The notes under the pieces are model-generated. The model was not told where the DNA came from. It saw only the letters and a list, made by a program, of their open reading frames with translations, and searched no databases. A program made the position numbers and the translations under genes. Shown here one piece after another: positions 6,615-15,286 of a stretch of DNA of 24,000 bases (the first letter of the stretch is position 1; the number at the start of each line of letters is the position of its first letter). The DNA is from an uncultured Dehalococcoidales bacterium (GTDB taxonomy: Bacteria > Chloroflexota > Dehalococcoidia > Dehalococcoidales > Fen-1064), in assembly GCA_964493955.1 (NCBI GenBank), contig CAZBPZ010000002.1:1-24000 (forward strand), given 5' to 3'.

Positions 6615-8048
6615 ATGAGAAATGTCTCCAAGAATGTCTTCCTGAGTGCCCTTAACTGCCCGACGTTAGGCTGGCTGGCACGCAATGACGGCCGCCGGGT
6701 ACCGTCACTGGCCGAGAGGTTCCGCCTGGAGCAGGGGCTTGAGGTGGGGCGTCGTGCCCGGGCACTCTTTCCCGGGGGGCGGCTCATCTCGCCCGTGCAG
6801 CCGCAGGCGGCGGCGCGGTGGACGGACGAAGCGCTGGCTGCCCCTTCGCCTCCGGCTATCTTTGAGGCTGCCTTCATTGCCGGTGGCTACGTGGCCCGGC
6901 CGGATATCATCTACCGCCGCCCTGACGGCTGGCACATGGTGGAGGTCAAGTCCGGCCTGAGCGGCAAGGACGGCCACCTGGACGACATGGCCTACACCGC
7001 CATGGTGGCCCGCGCCGGCGGCACGGAGTTTACCGGGCTGGAGCTGGTGCTGGTGTCACGCGATTACCGCCTCGGTATGCCGGATGAAGAGCTTTTTGTC
7101 CGGATTGACCATACCGACGAGGTGCTGGCCCGTCTGCCGGAGTTCGAGCAGCTCCGGGAGGAAGTTGACGAAATAACCCGGCAGCCGGAGATGCCGGCGC
7201 CGCAGGTACGCTACGCCTGCCGGAGCTGTGACATCTCGGCGGAGTGCCTGAAAGACAGGGCACGCCACCATGTCATTGAGCTGCCGCGGTTGACACCGGC
7301 CCGCTTCCGGAGCCTGGAGGCCCTCGGCATAAGCCGGATAGAGGAGATACCGGACAGCTTCCCGCTGACGCAGTACCAGCGGATGGTGAGGGACTGTGTG
7401 CGCCGCGGCCGGCCCTACATCGGGCCAACGCTCCGTGAAGACCTGGCGGCGGTGGAGTGGCCGGCCCGCTACCTGGACTTTGAGACGGTGATGACGGCCA
7501 TCCCGCTCTATCCCGAGGTGGCCCCTTACGAGCCGGTGGTGACGCAGTACTCGCTGCACACCTGTTCCGCCCCCGGGGTGCTGGTTGACCACCGCCAGTA
7601 TCTGGCCGAGCCCTGGCGCGACTGCCGGCGCGAGCTGGCGGAAAACCTCCTGCGGGACCTGGGAGACCGCGGGAGCATAATTGTCTATTCCCGGTTCGAG
7701 GGTGACATTGTGCGCGGGCTGATGCGGCGCTTCCCTGACCTGGCCGGCCGGCTGGCCGGGGTGGTGGCGCGCCTGGTGGACCTCGAGGCTATCATCAGGC
7801 GGGGCTACTACCACCCGGACTTCCGCGGCAGCACCTCCATCAAGCGTACCCTGCCGGCACTGGTGCCGGACATGTCCTACGAGGGCCTGGCAATCGGGGA
7901 CGGGGGAACAGCCGCGGCCGCCTTTGCCTACATGGCCTGGGGCAGGCTGGCCGACCCGGCCCGGACGCGGCGCCAGCTGCTGGAGTACTGCCGGCAGGAC
8001 ACCCTGGCGATGGTGAAGCTCCACCAGCACCTGCTGGAGCAGGTGTAG
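6615..8048 (+). CDS. DUF2779-type protein: N-terminal Cas4-like PD-(D/E)xK nuclease plus C-terminal DEDDy-like exonuclease domain
   Basis: 477 aa. N-terminal SKNVFLSALNCP..LGW; PD-(D/E)xK-like ARPDII...WHMVEVKS; cysteine pattern C15...C-x2-C-x5-C (YACRSCDISAEC), as in Cas4/AddB iron-sulfur nucleases; HhH-like LTPARFRSLEALGISRIEEIP. The C-terminal half has YLDFET, IIVYSRFEGD and YCRQDTLAMVKL (Y-x3-D). Confidence 0.8.
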   Translation: MRNVSKNVFLSALNCPTLGWLARNDGRRVPSLAERFRLEQGLEVGRRARALFPGGRLISPVQPQAAARWTDEALAAPSPPAIFEAAFIAGGYVARPDIIYRRPDGWHMVEVKSGLSGKDGHLDDMAYTAMVARAGGTEFTGLELVLVSRDYRLGMPDEELFVRIDHTDEVLARLPEFEQLREEVDEITRQPEMPAPQVRYACRSCDISAECLKDRARHHVIELPRLTPARFRSLEALGISRIEEIPDSFPLTQYQRMVRDCVRRGRPYIGPTLREDLAAVEWPARYLDFETVMTAIPLYPEVAPYEPVVTQYSLHTCSAPGVLVDHRQYLAEPWRDCRRELAENLLRDLGDRGSIIVYSRFEGDIVRGLMRRFPDLAGRLAGVVARLVDLEAIIRRGYYHPDFRGSTSIKRTLPALVPDMSYEGLAIGDGGTAAAAFAYMAWGRLADPARTRRQLLEYCRQDTLAMVKLHQHLLEQV

Positions 8049-8073
8049 GCCGGGGCGGCACCTGGAGAAGAGG

Positions 8074-10068
8074 ATGGACCTGTTCGAGCAGCGGCACGAG
8101 AAGCAGCGCCGGATGGAGGCCCCTCTGGCCGCCCGCATGCGGCCGGACAGCTTTCATACTTACGTTGGCCAGGAGCACATCATCGGCAAGGGGCACGTGT
8201 TGCGCGAGGCTATCGAGTCGGGCCAGCTCCCCTCCATCATTCTCTGGGGGCCGCCCGGCAGCGGCAAGACCACCCTGGCCAACGTCATTGCCAACCAGAC
8301 CGATTCACACTTCGTCGCCGTCAGCGCCGTGACGGCCGGCGTGGCCGACCTGCGCCGTATCATCGAGGAGGCCAGGGAGCGCCGCAAGCTCTACCAGCGG
8401 CGCACCATCCTGATGATTGATGAGATACACCGCTTCAACAAGGCGCAGCAGGACGCCGTGCTGCCCTACGTTGTAGACGGCACAGTTACCCTCATCGGCG
8501 CCACCACCGAGAACCCTTCCTTTGAAGTGAATGCCCCCCTCCTCTCCCGCTGCAAGGTCTTCGTCCTCAAGCCGCTCAACGAGCAGGAGCTGCGCATTAT
8601 CCTGCTGCGGGCCATCAAGGACCCTATCAACGGCCTCGGCCAGATGGACATCGAGATTGACGAGGAGGCGATGCTCCACATCATCATGTCGGCCGAGCAC
8701 GATGCCAGGGTGGCCCTCAACACGCTGGAACTGGCGGCGATGACCACCCCGCCCCGGCCCGACGGCACGCGTCACATCACCCTGCCGATTGTGGAGGACG
8801 CCGTGCAGCAGCGGGCGCTGCGCTATGACAAGGCGGGGGAGCAGCATTACGACCTCATCTCCGCCCTGCACAAGTCAATGCGCGATTCAGACCCGGACGC
8901 GGCGCTCTACTGGCTGGGGCGGATGCTGGAGGCGGGCGAGGGGCCGCTCTACATCGCGCGCCGCATCGTGCGCTTTGCCACCGAGGACATCGGCCTGGCC
9001 GACCCCCAGGCACTGGTGGTGGCCATGGCTGCCCAGCAGGCCGTTCACTTCATCGGCCTGCCGGAAGGCAACCTGGCCCTGGCCGAGGCAGTGGTCTACA
9101 TGGCCACTGCCCCCAAGAGCAACTCGCTCTACCGGGCGTACTCGGCGGTGCAGGCCGAAATCCGCGAGGGCTCGAATGACCCCGTGCCCCTTCACCTGCG
9201 TAACCCGGTTACGCCCCTCATGCAGCGGCTTGGTTACGGCCGGGGCTACAAGTATGCCCATGACTACCCGGAGCACTTCGTGGTGCAGCAGCACCTGCCG
9301 GACTCGCTGGTGGGTAGAAAGTTCTACACCCCCGGCGACCAGGGCTACGAGAAGCAGGTGGCGGCCCGGCTGAAGAAACTGCGCCCCTCCGGGCCGGGGC
9401 CGACCCGAAAGGAGCGTGCCGCCGTGGCTGAGAAACGCGTTCGGTTCCCCTGCGGGGACATTACCCTGGAAGGGGCCTGGCACTGGCCGCCCGGCGAGCC
9501 CCCCTTCGCGGCGGTGGTGGTCTGCCACCCCCACTCGCTCTACGGTGGCAGCATGCACAACGTGGTGGTGCTGGCCCTCTGCGAGGCAATCTGTGCCCGC
9601 GGCCTGGCGGCCTTCCGCTTCAACTTCCGCGGCGTGGGCGGCAGCGGCGGTGAGTTCGGCGGCGGTACGGCCGAGCGGCAGGACGTGGCGGCCGCCCTTG
9701 GCTTCGTCAGCGCCGATGAGGGGGTTGATGCGGCACGCCTCGGGCTGGCCGGCTATTCCTTCGGGGGCGGGGTGGCGCTGCCGGTGGCCCTTGAGGACGA
9801 GCGGGTGCAGCGGCTGGCCCTGGTCTCGCCGGCGCTGTCCGAGGCAGGCTGGGCCCAGCTGGAGCGCTTCTCACGGCCCAAGCTGGTGGTGGTGGGCGGG
9901 GCTGATTCGGTGATACGTCTGGAACGGTTCCAGCAGCTGGCCGAGGCGGCCCGCAACCCGGACGAGTACCGCAGCCTGGTGGGGGCGGACCACTTCTGGC
10001 TGGGGCGCGAGGACGAGCTGGCCGCGCTGGTGGCCGACTTCTTCGCCACCGGTCTGGGGCGGTCCTGA
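8074..10068 (+). CDS. rarA: replication-associated recombination protein A (RarA/MgsA) fused in frame to an alpha/beta-fold hydrolase domain
   Basis: 664-aa uninterrupted ORF. Residues 1-~436 are RarA: Walker A GPPGSGKTT, Walker B ILMIDEIHRF, GATTENPSF, ISALHKSMRDSDPDAALYWL, and the typical C-terminal end FYTPGDQGYEKQVAARLKKLR. Residues ~451-664 form a compact hydrolase (VVCHPHSLYGGSMHN, FRFNFRGVGGSGG, nucleophile elbow GYSFGG, GGADSV, GADHFW). AAGGAG (9409-9414) and an in-frame GTG (9424) sit at the junction. Confidence 0.85.
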   Translation: MDLFEQRHEKQRRMEAPLAARMRPDSFHTYVGQEHIIGKGHVLREAIESGQLPSIILWGPPGSGKTTLANVIANQTDSHFVAVSAVTAGVADLRRIIEEARERRKLYQRRTILMIDEIHRFNKAQQDAVLPYVVDGTVTLIGATTENPSFEVNAPLLSRCKVFVLKPLNEQELRIILLRAIKDPINGLGQMDIEIDEEAMLHIIMSAEHDARVALNTLELAAMTTPPRPDGTRHITLPIVEDAVQQRALRYDKAGEQHYDLISALHKSMRDSDPDAALYWLGRMLEAGEGPLYIARRIVRFATEDIGLADPQALVVAMAAQQAVHFIGLPEGNLALAEAVVYMATAPKSNSLYRAYSAVQAEIREGSNDPVPLHLRNPVTPLMQRLGYGRGYKYAHDYPEHFVVQQHLPDSLVGRKFYTPGDQGYEKQVAARLKKLRPSGPGPTRKERAAVAEKRVRFPCGDITLEGAWHWPPGEPPFAAVVVCHPHSLYGGSMHNVVVLALCEAICARGLAAFRFNFRGVGGSGGEFGGGTAERQDVAAALGFVSADEGVDAARLGLAGYSFGGGVALPVALEDERVQRLALVSPALSEAGWAQLERFSRPKLVVVGGADSVIRLERFQQLAEAARNPDEYRSLVGADHFWLGREDELAALVADFFATGLGRS

Positions 10069-10120
10069 CCCGGCCCGAGTGGCCTGGCCGCCCCGCAAGG
10101 CTTTACCTGTGAGGTGAGGC

Positions 10121-12463
10121 GTGGCGCTTGACTTTGAAAGGCTCCGGAAGGTGGGCCTGCCCAAGACGCACGGGCGCATCCGGGCCGATGGGCTGGAAGA
10201 ATCGGTCTCCGTGGTGCGTGACCGCTACGGCTGCCCCCATATTAGCGCCCGCACCGAGCACGATATCTGGTTTGCCCAGGGTTTCTGCCATGCCCAGGAC
10301 AGGCTCTGGCAGCTTGAGCGGACGCGGCGCTTCGCCCGCGGTACCCTGGCCGAAATCCTCGGCGAGCCGCTGGTGCCGGTTGACCGTTACTACCGCCGCC
10401 TCGGTATCCAGCGGGTCTCGGTGCGGGACTGGGACCAGCTCAACGACGAGGCGCGCCTCATCCTCCAGGCCTTCAGCGACGGTGTCAACGCCGCCATCGC
10501 CTCGATGAAGCAGCTACCCCCCGAGTTCAGAGTGCTGGAGCTGGTACCGGAGCCGTGGACGCCCACCGATAGCATTGCCCTCTGGAAGGTCATCTTCCTC
10601 ACCCAGACGGCGGACTTCAACCTCAAGCTCTTCCGGGCGGCCCTGGCGCGTGAGCTGGGGCCGGAGACGGCGCGCCTCCTGGAGCCGGAGTACCCGGCGC
10701 CGGCACCGGTGGTCTGGCCGCCGGGGACGCTGGCTGGTGGCCTGGGCGAAGAGATTTCGCGCCTGAGCGCACTGGCCAGCCGGTATGCGCCGGTCTCGGC
10801 TGAGGGCGGCTCCAACAACTGGGCGGTAAGCGGCCGCTTGAGCGCTTCGGGGAAGCCGCTGCTGGCGGGTGACCCCCACGCTGTCATCCAGATAGCACCG
10901 GTGTGGTACCTGAACCACCTGCGCACCCCGGAGTGGGAGATGACCGGTGTCAGCACGCCCGGTGTACCCGGCATTCTCCTCTACGGCCACAATGGTCACG
11001 TCGGCTGGACGGTGACGAATGCCATGGCAGATATTGCGGACCTGTTCGTCGAAAGGCTCGATGAGACCGGCCGCCGTTACTTCTACCGCGGCCGCTGGGT
11101 CGATTGCGAGGTCCGCCGCGAGGAGATACGGGTCAGGGGGAAGGTGGAGCCGGTGGTGGAGGAGATACCCGTCACCGTGCACGGGCCGCTGGTGAGTGGC
11201 GGGCCACTGGGGCCGGGCGTGCCGCTGGCCTGGCAGTGGACGGGCCACCGGGTCGTTACCACCTTCGAGTGTATCCCCGGCATGGCGCGGGCACGCAACG
11301 TGGACGAGTTCCGCCAGTCGCAGCGCAACTGGGCCGGCCCCCCGATGAACCGGATTACGGCCGATAGTTCCGGTAACATTGCCTACCAGCTGCTGGGCGA
11401 TGTGCCGATGCGGCGTCACGGCGGCCCCAACCCCGTCCCCGTGCCCGGCTGGACGGGTGAGTGTGACTGGGTGGGCATGGTCCCCTTTGAAGACTTGCCC
11501 TGGGCGAAGAACCCGCCGCGGGGCTTCATCGTCAGCGCCAATAACCGGGTGGCGCCGGCCGACTTCCCCTACCACGTCAACGACATGGTGGTGCCCTACC
11601 GGGCCTGGCGTATTGAAGAGCTGCTGGCGGGGCGCACCGGCCTCACGCCGGAGGACATGAAGGCGGTCCAGGGGGACCGCTTCTCCCGGCCGGCAGCGGC
11701 CTTTGCCAGGCTTCTTCTCGGCCTGCCGCCGCACGAGGGTATCGCCCGTGCCCGGCGGTTGCTGCGTGGCTGGGACGGCGTGCTTGCCCCGGAATCACCC
11801 GCCGCCGCCCTCTACGAGGTCTTCCTCCAGAAGCTATACGCCCGGCTCTTCGCCTTTGCCCGGGACCTGCCGGGGGCACCGCTGGCGCTGGACCGCTGGC
11901 TGACCTGCTACCTGCCGCGCCTCATTTTGCAGATAGAGGCGGGCGACACCGCCCTGCTGGCCCTGAACGAGAGCACGCGGGGAAAGTCATGGCCGGAGGT
12001 GTTGACGGCGGCGCTGGCCGAGGCCAGCGCCTGGCTGGCGGAGCACCAGGGGGCCGACCCGGCCGGCTGGTCGTGGGGGAAGCTGCACCGCCAGACCTTC
12101 GTCCACAACCTGGGGCGGACTCCCCCGTACGACGCACTCTTCAACCTGCCACCGGTGGAAATCGGCGGCGACGCCTCGACCGTCTTCAACGCCGGGGCCG
12201 CCTACTTCCGTGACTTCGAGGTGCGGGTGGGTGTTTCCTTCCGCATGGTGCTGGACTTTGCCAACCTGAATAGTGCCGTCTGGGTGCTGCCGCCGGGCCA
12301 GTCCGGCCACCCCGGCAGCTCCCATTATCGCGATGGTATCGCGCCGTGGCTCAGCCTGCAGTACTGGCCGATGCTCTGGGACTGGCAGCGCATCAGGGAA
12401 GAGGCGGCAGGTACCCTCTGGCTGCTGCCGGTGCGGCACGAAGAAGCACCAGGCGGGGACTAG
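10121..12463 (+). CDS. penicillin-acylase-family Ntn hydrolase (acylase/amidase), no signal peptide evident
   Basis: 780 aa with a GTG start preceded by GAGGTGAGG. RDRYGCPHI, GFCHAQDRLWQLE and the self-processing/nucleophile site GGSNNWAVSG are family hallmarks. The N-terminus MALDFERLRKVGLPKTHGRI has no hydrophobic signal segment. Confidence 0.85.
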   Translation: MALDFERLRKVGLPKTHGRIRADGLEESVSVVRDRYGCPHISARTEHDIWFAQGFCHAQDRLWQLERTRRFARGTLAEILGEPLVPVDRYYRRLGIQRVSVRDWDQLNDEARLILQAFSDGVNAAIASMKQLPPEFRVLELVPEPWTPTDSIALWKVIFLTQTADFNLKLFRAALARELGPETARLLEPEYPAPAPVVWPPGTLAGGLGEEISRLSALASRYAPVSAEGGSNNWAVSGRLSASGKPLLAGDPHAVIQIAPVWYLNHLRTPEWEMTGVSTPGVPGILLYGHNGHVGWTVTNAMADIADLFVERLDETGRRYFYRGRWVDCEVRREEIRVRGKVEPVVEEIPVTVHGPLVSGGPLGPGVPLAWQWTGHRVVTTFECIPGMARARNVDEFRQSQRNWAGPPMNRITADSSGNIAYQLLGDVPMRRHGGPNPVPVPGWTGECDWVGMVPFEDLPWAKNPPRGFIVSANNRVAPADFPYHVNDMVVPYRAWRIEELLAGRTGLTPEDMKAVQGDRFSRPAAAFARLLLGLPPHEGIARARRLLRGWDGVLAPESPAAALYEVFLQKLYARLFAFARDLPGAPLALDRWLTCYLPRLILQIEAGDTALLALNESTRGKSWPEVLTAALAEASAWLAEHQGADPAGWSWGKLHRQTFVHNLGRTPPYDALFNLPPVEIGGDASTVFNAGAAYFRDFEVRVGVSFRMVLDFANLNSAVWVLPPGQSGHPGSSHYRDGIAPWLSLQYWPMLWDWQRIREEAAGTLWLLPVRHEEAPGGD

Positions 12464-12504
12464 CCCGGCCAGGGACCGGCCATGCTCCCGGGCACGGGGC
12501 CGTC

Positions 12505-12903
12505 TCACTCTATTTCCCAGTCACGGTAGCCCTGCCTGATGAGGGTCATGTACTCGCGTGACGGGGCCCCGGGTGACTGGTCACGTTTGATGTAGGTGAT
12601 GGCCCGGTGGGTGGCGCCATCCTCGTCTATAACCCGCACCGTCAGGCGGTCATGGATGGCGGGGTAGCCCTCGGCGCGGTCCAGGCGTGGCAGGTCTTCA
12701 TCCGGGACCTCGTAGACCGCCCCGGACACCTTCTCTCCCTGGAACGGCTTGATACTGGCGGTGGCGCCACGCCACTGGCGTGACCAGCCGGTGAAGATGA
12801 GCTTGTAGCCGGGGAGGACGGCGCGGAACCGCGGCTGGCTGCGCGGGCAGCGCTGCATCATCTGCAGGCGGTTCAGGTTACTACCGTAGGCAAAGTAGAG
12901 CAT
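12505..12903 (-). CDS. gamma-glutamylcyclotransferase-like (AIG2/GGCT fold) protein
   Basis: 132 aa. N-terminal MLYFAYGSNL (YGSNL motif) and LDRAEGYP (catalytic Glu region). Confidence 0.8.
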   Translation of the reverse strand: MLYFAYGSNLNRLQMMQRCPRSQPRFRAVLPGYKLIFTGWSRQWRGATASIKPFQGEKVSGAVYEVPDEDLPRLDRAEGYPAIHDRLTVRVIDEDGATHRAITYIKRDQSPGAPSREYMTLIRQGYRDWEIE

Positions 12904-12932
12904 GACCCCCGGTCACCCGTCGGACCGGCGCA

Positions 12933-12961
12933 ATTATACACTATTGGCCATCAGGGCGGAA
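12933..12961 (-). promoter_or_regulatory. possible promoter of the GGCT-like gene
   Basis: Minus strand TATAAT (12938-12933) with a weak -35 TTCCGC (12961-12956, 17-nt spacer). This would give a ~23-nt leader ending in GGGGG before ATG 12903. Confidence 0.35.
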
Positions 12962-13064
12962 GTTGTTGCCGGCTTGCCGTAAAACCCTGGTACCGGCACA
13001 CCCGGTCTGGAGAAGCTGACCGGCCGGGCAGCTTTCCGGCCTGCCGCCAGCCCATTCGTGGCGG

Positions 13065-15278
13065 TCAGCTCAGCTTTTCCAGGCGGGCGAAGCTCGCCAG
13101 CAGTTTTTTCACGCCCTGGCCGGCAAAGGCCACCGTTACCTCGCGGTCATCCCTGGCCGCTTTGCAGGAGATAACCACGCCGTTACCGAAGTGGCTGTGC
13201 CGGACGCGGTCGCCGGGCCTCAGCTCGGGGACAGGAGCGGGTGGTGGGGCGTCCGCTCCGCCCCCGGTTACCTCTGTCGGGTAGGTGCGGCTGTTCCAGG
13301 TGGCTATGACCTCGGAGGCGTGGCGGCCGGCGGCATCCGGCCAGCCGGGGGAGGCAATGAGGTGGCGGGGGATGTCTTCCAGGAAGCGGGAGGGCGGGTT
13401 GACGGTCCGGCTGCCCATCAGGGTGCGCCGGAATGCCCGTACCAGGTAAAGGTACTTCTTGGCGCGGGTGATACCCACGTAGAAGAGGCGGCGCTCCTCT
13501 TCCATCTGGGCGGGGTTATCAAAGGAGCGGGAGTGGGGTAGTAGCCGCTCCTCGGTGCCGACGATAAAGACCACCGGGAACTCCAGCCCCTTGGCCTGGT
13601 GCAGGGTAATCAGGGTGACTCGGTTGTCCCCCTCGGCCAGGCTGTCGGTATCGCTCACCAGCGCCACGTTCTCCAGGAACTCCGCCAGCCCCGCCGCCGG
13701 CCCGCGGTCGGCGTACTGCTGGGCCACACCGCGCAACTCCTGCACGTTCTCCCAGCGCTCTTCACCCTGGCGGTCCTCCAGCACGTAATGCCGGTAGCCG
13801 GTACTCTCCACCACCAGGTCAAACAGGGTGGGCAGGTCAAGCACGCGGCTGCCGGTGATGAGGCCATCCATCAACCGGTAGAAAGAGGTCAGCACCTGGG
13901 CGCTGCGGGGTGTGAGGTGATGCTCCAGCGCACCACCCGGCGGCGGCTCGGCCAGGAGCTGCAGTGCTTCCCAGAGGGAAACGCCCAGTGAGCGTGCCCA
14001 CTCGCTCAGTCTGGCTACCGTCTGCTGGCCGATGCCCCGCCCCGGTACGTTGATGATGCGCAGCAGGCTAACGCTGTCCTGCGGGTTGTGGATGAGGCGC
14101 AGGTAGGCTACCAGGTCCTTGACCTCGCGGCGCTCGTAGAAGCGGGTGCCGTTGGCCAGCCGGTAGGGCAGGCCGTAGCGCAGGAAGGCCTCTTCAATCA
14201 CCCGCGACTGGGCATTGGTGCGGAACATGACGGCGCATTCGTCCAGCCGGACCTGGCCGGAATCAACCAGCCGCTCGATTTCGCTGACGACGAACTGGGC
14301 CTCTTCCTGCTCGGTGTAGACCTCGACGACCTGCACCGGTTCACCCGGCTCGTTCTCCGTCCACAGCTCCTTGGGCTTGCGCTGCACGTTGGACGAGATG
14401 ACGCTGGTGGCGACATCCAGTATCTTCTGGGTGGAGCGGTAGTTCTGCTCCAGCAGTACCACCCGGGCGTCGGGGTAGTCTTTCTCGAAGCTGAGGATGT
14501 TGCGCAGGTCGGCCGAGCGCCAGGAGTAGATGGACTGGTCCGGGTCACCCACCACGCAGATGTTGCGGTGGCGGCCGGCCAGCAGCTTGATGAGTTCGTA
14601 CTGGACGAGGTTGGTGTCCTGGAACTCGTCTACCAGTACGTGGAGGTAGCGCGACTGGTAGCGTGAAAGCACCCTCTTATCGCGGTGAAGAAGGTGGACG
14701 GTGCGCATCAGGAGGTCGTCAAAGTCAAGCGCCTTGCTCTCTTCGAGCAGGCGCTGGTAGCGCTCGTAGACGCGTACCACTATTTCGTCGAAGTAGCTGT
14801 CACGGTGGGTGTATTCGGCCGGCCCTTCGAGGCGGCTCTTGGCGGCGGAGATGGCCCCCAGGAGCGCCGCCGGGGCATACTGGGCGGGGTCAATCTGGAG
14901 CTCCTGCATGGCCCGTTTCACCAGCCTTGTCTGGTCGTCGGCGTCGTATATGACGTAGTGCGGGTCAATGCCGATTGACCGGCCGTCGCGCCGCAGGAAA
15001 CGCGCGCAGATGGCATGGAAGGTGCCCATCGTCAGCTCGTCCACCGAGCCGCCGACGAGCTGGCGCACCCGCTCCTGCATCTCGCTGGCGGCCTTGTTGG
15101 TGAAGGTGACCGCCATGATGCGGCGCGGGCTGATACCGCAGACGGTGACGAGGTAGGCGATGCGGTGGGTGATGACGCGGGTCTTGCCGCTGCCCGGCCC
15201 CGCCAGGATGAGGACCGGACCCCTGATTGCCTCAACGGCTTCCTTCTGGGCAGGATTCAGGCCGGTCAGTACATCCAT
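13065..15278 (-). CDS. pcrA: ATP-dependent DNA helicase PcrA/UvrD (superfamily 1A)
   Basis: 737 aa. LNPAQKEAV, Walker A AGPGSGKTRV, VDEFQDTN, VGDPDQSIYSWR, LEQNYRST, TLHQAKGLEF, YVGITRA, and a C-terminal Tudor-like tail (GDRVRHSHFGNGVV). Confidence 0.93.
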   Translation of the reverse strand: MDVLTGLNPAQKEAVEAIRGPVLILAGPGSGKTRVITHRIAYLVTVCGISPRRIMAVTFTNKAASEMQERVRQLVGGSVDELTMGTFHAICARFLRRDGRSIGIDPHYVIYDADDQTRLVKRAMQELQIDPAQYAPAALLGAISAAKSRLEGPAEYTHRDSYFDEIVVRVYERYQRLLEESKALDFDDLLMRTVHLLHRDKRVLSRYQSRYLHVLVDEFQDTNLVQYELIKLLAGRHRNICVVGDPDQSIYSWRSADLRNILSFEKDYPDARVVLLEQNYRSTQKILDVATSVISSNVQRKPKELWTENEPGEPVQVVEVYTEQEEAQFVVSEIERLVDSGQVRLDECAVMFRTNAQSRVIEEAFLRYGLPYRLANGTRFYERREVKDLVAYLRLIHNPQDSVSLLRIINVPGRGIGQQTVARLSEWARSLGVSLWEALQLLAEPPPGGALEHHLTPRSAQVLTSFYRLMDGLITGSRVLDLPTLFDLVVESTGYRHYVLEDRQGEERWENVQELRGVAQQYADRGPAAGLAEFLENVALVSDTDSLAEGDNRVTLITLHQAKGLEFPVVFIVGTEERLLPHSRSFDNPAQMEEERRLFYVGITRAKKYLYLVRAFRRTLMGSRTVNPPSRFLEDIPRHLIASPGWPDAAGRHASEVIATWNSRTYPTEVTGGGADAPPPAPVPELRPGDRVRHSHFGNGVVISCKAARDDREVTVAFAGQGVKKLLASFARLEKLS

Positions 15279-15286
15279 CAGGGTTG

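Noticed and set aside
7056-8138. A 360-aa minus-strand ORF opposite the DUF2779 gene. The same applies to 10514-11734 opposite the acylase gene and 18653-19702 (+) opposite tldD
   Set aside because: All three lie antisense to strongly supported genes. They have a low-complexity, high-Arg/Pro composition, which is typical of GC-rich shadow frames.
13086-13109. A terminator-like GGCGA-agc-TCGCC stem followed by T6 on the + strand
   Set aside because: The stem is only 5 bp, with a 5-nt gap before the T-run. It lies inside the pcrA coding sequence on the opposite strand, and there is no + strand gene upstream to terminate.
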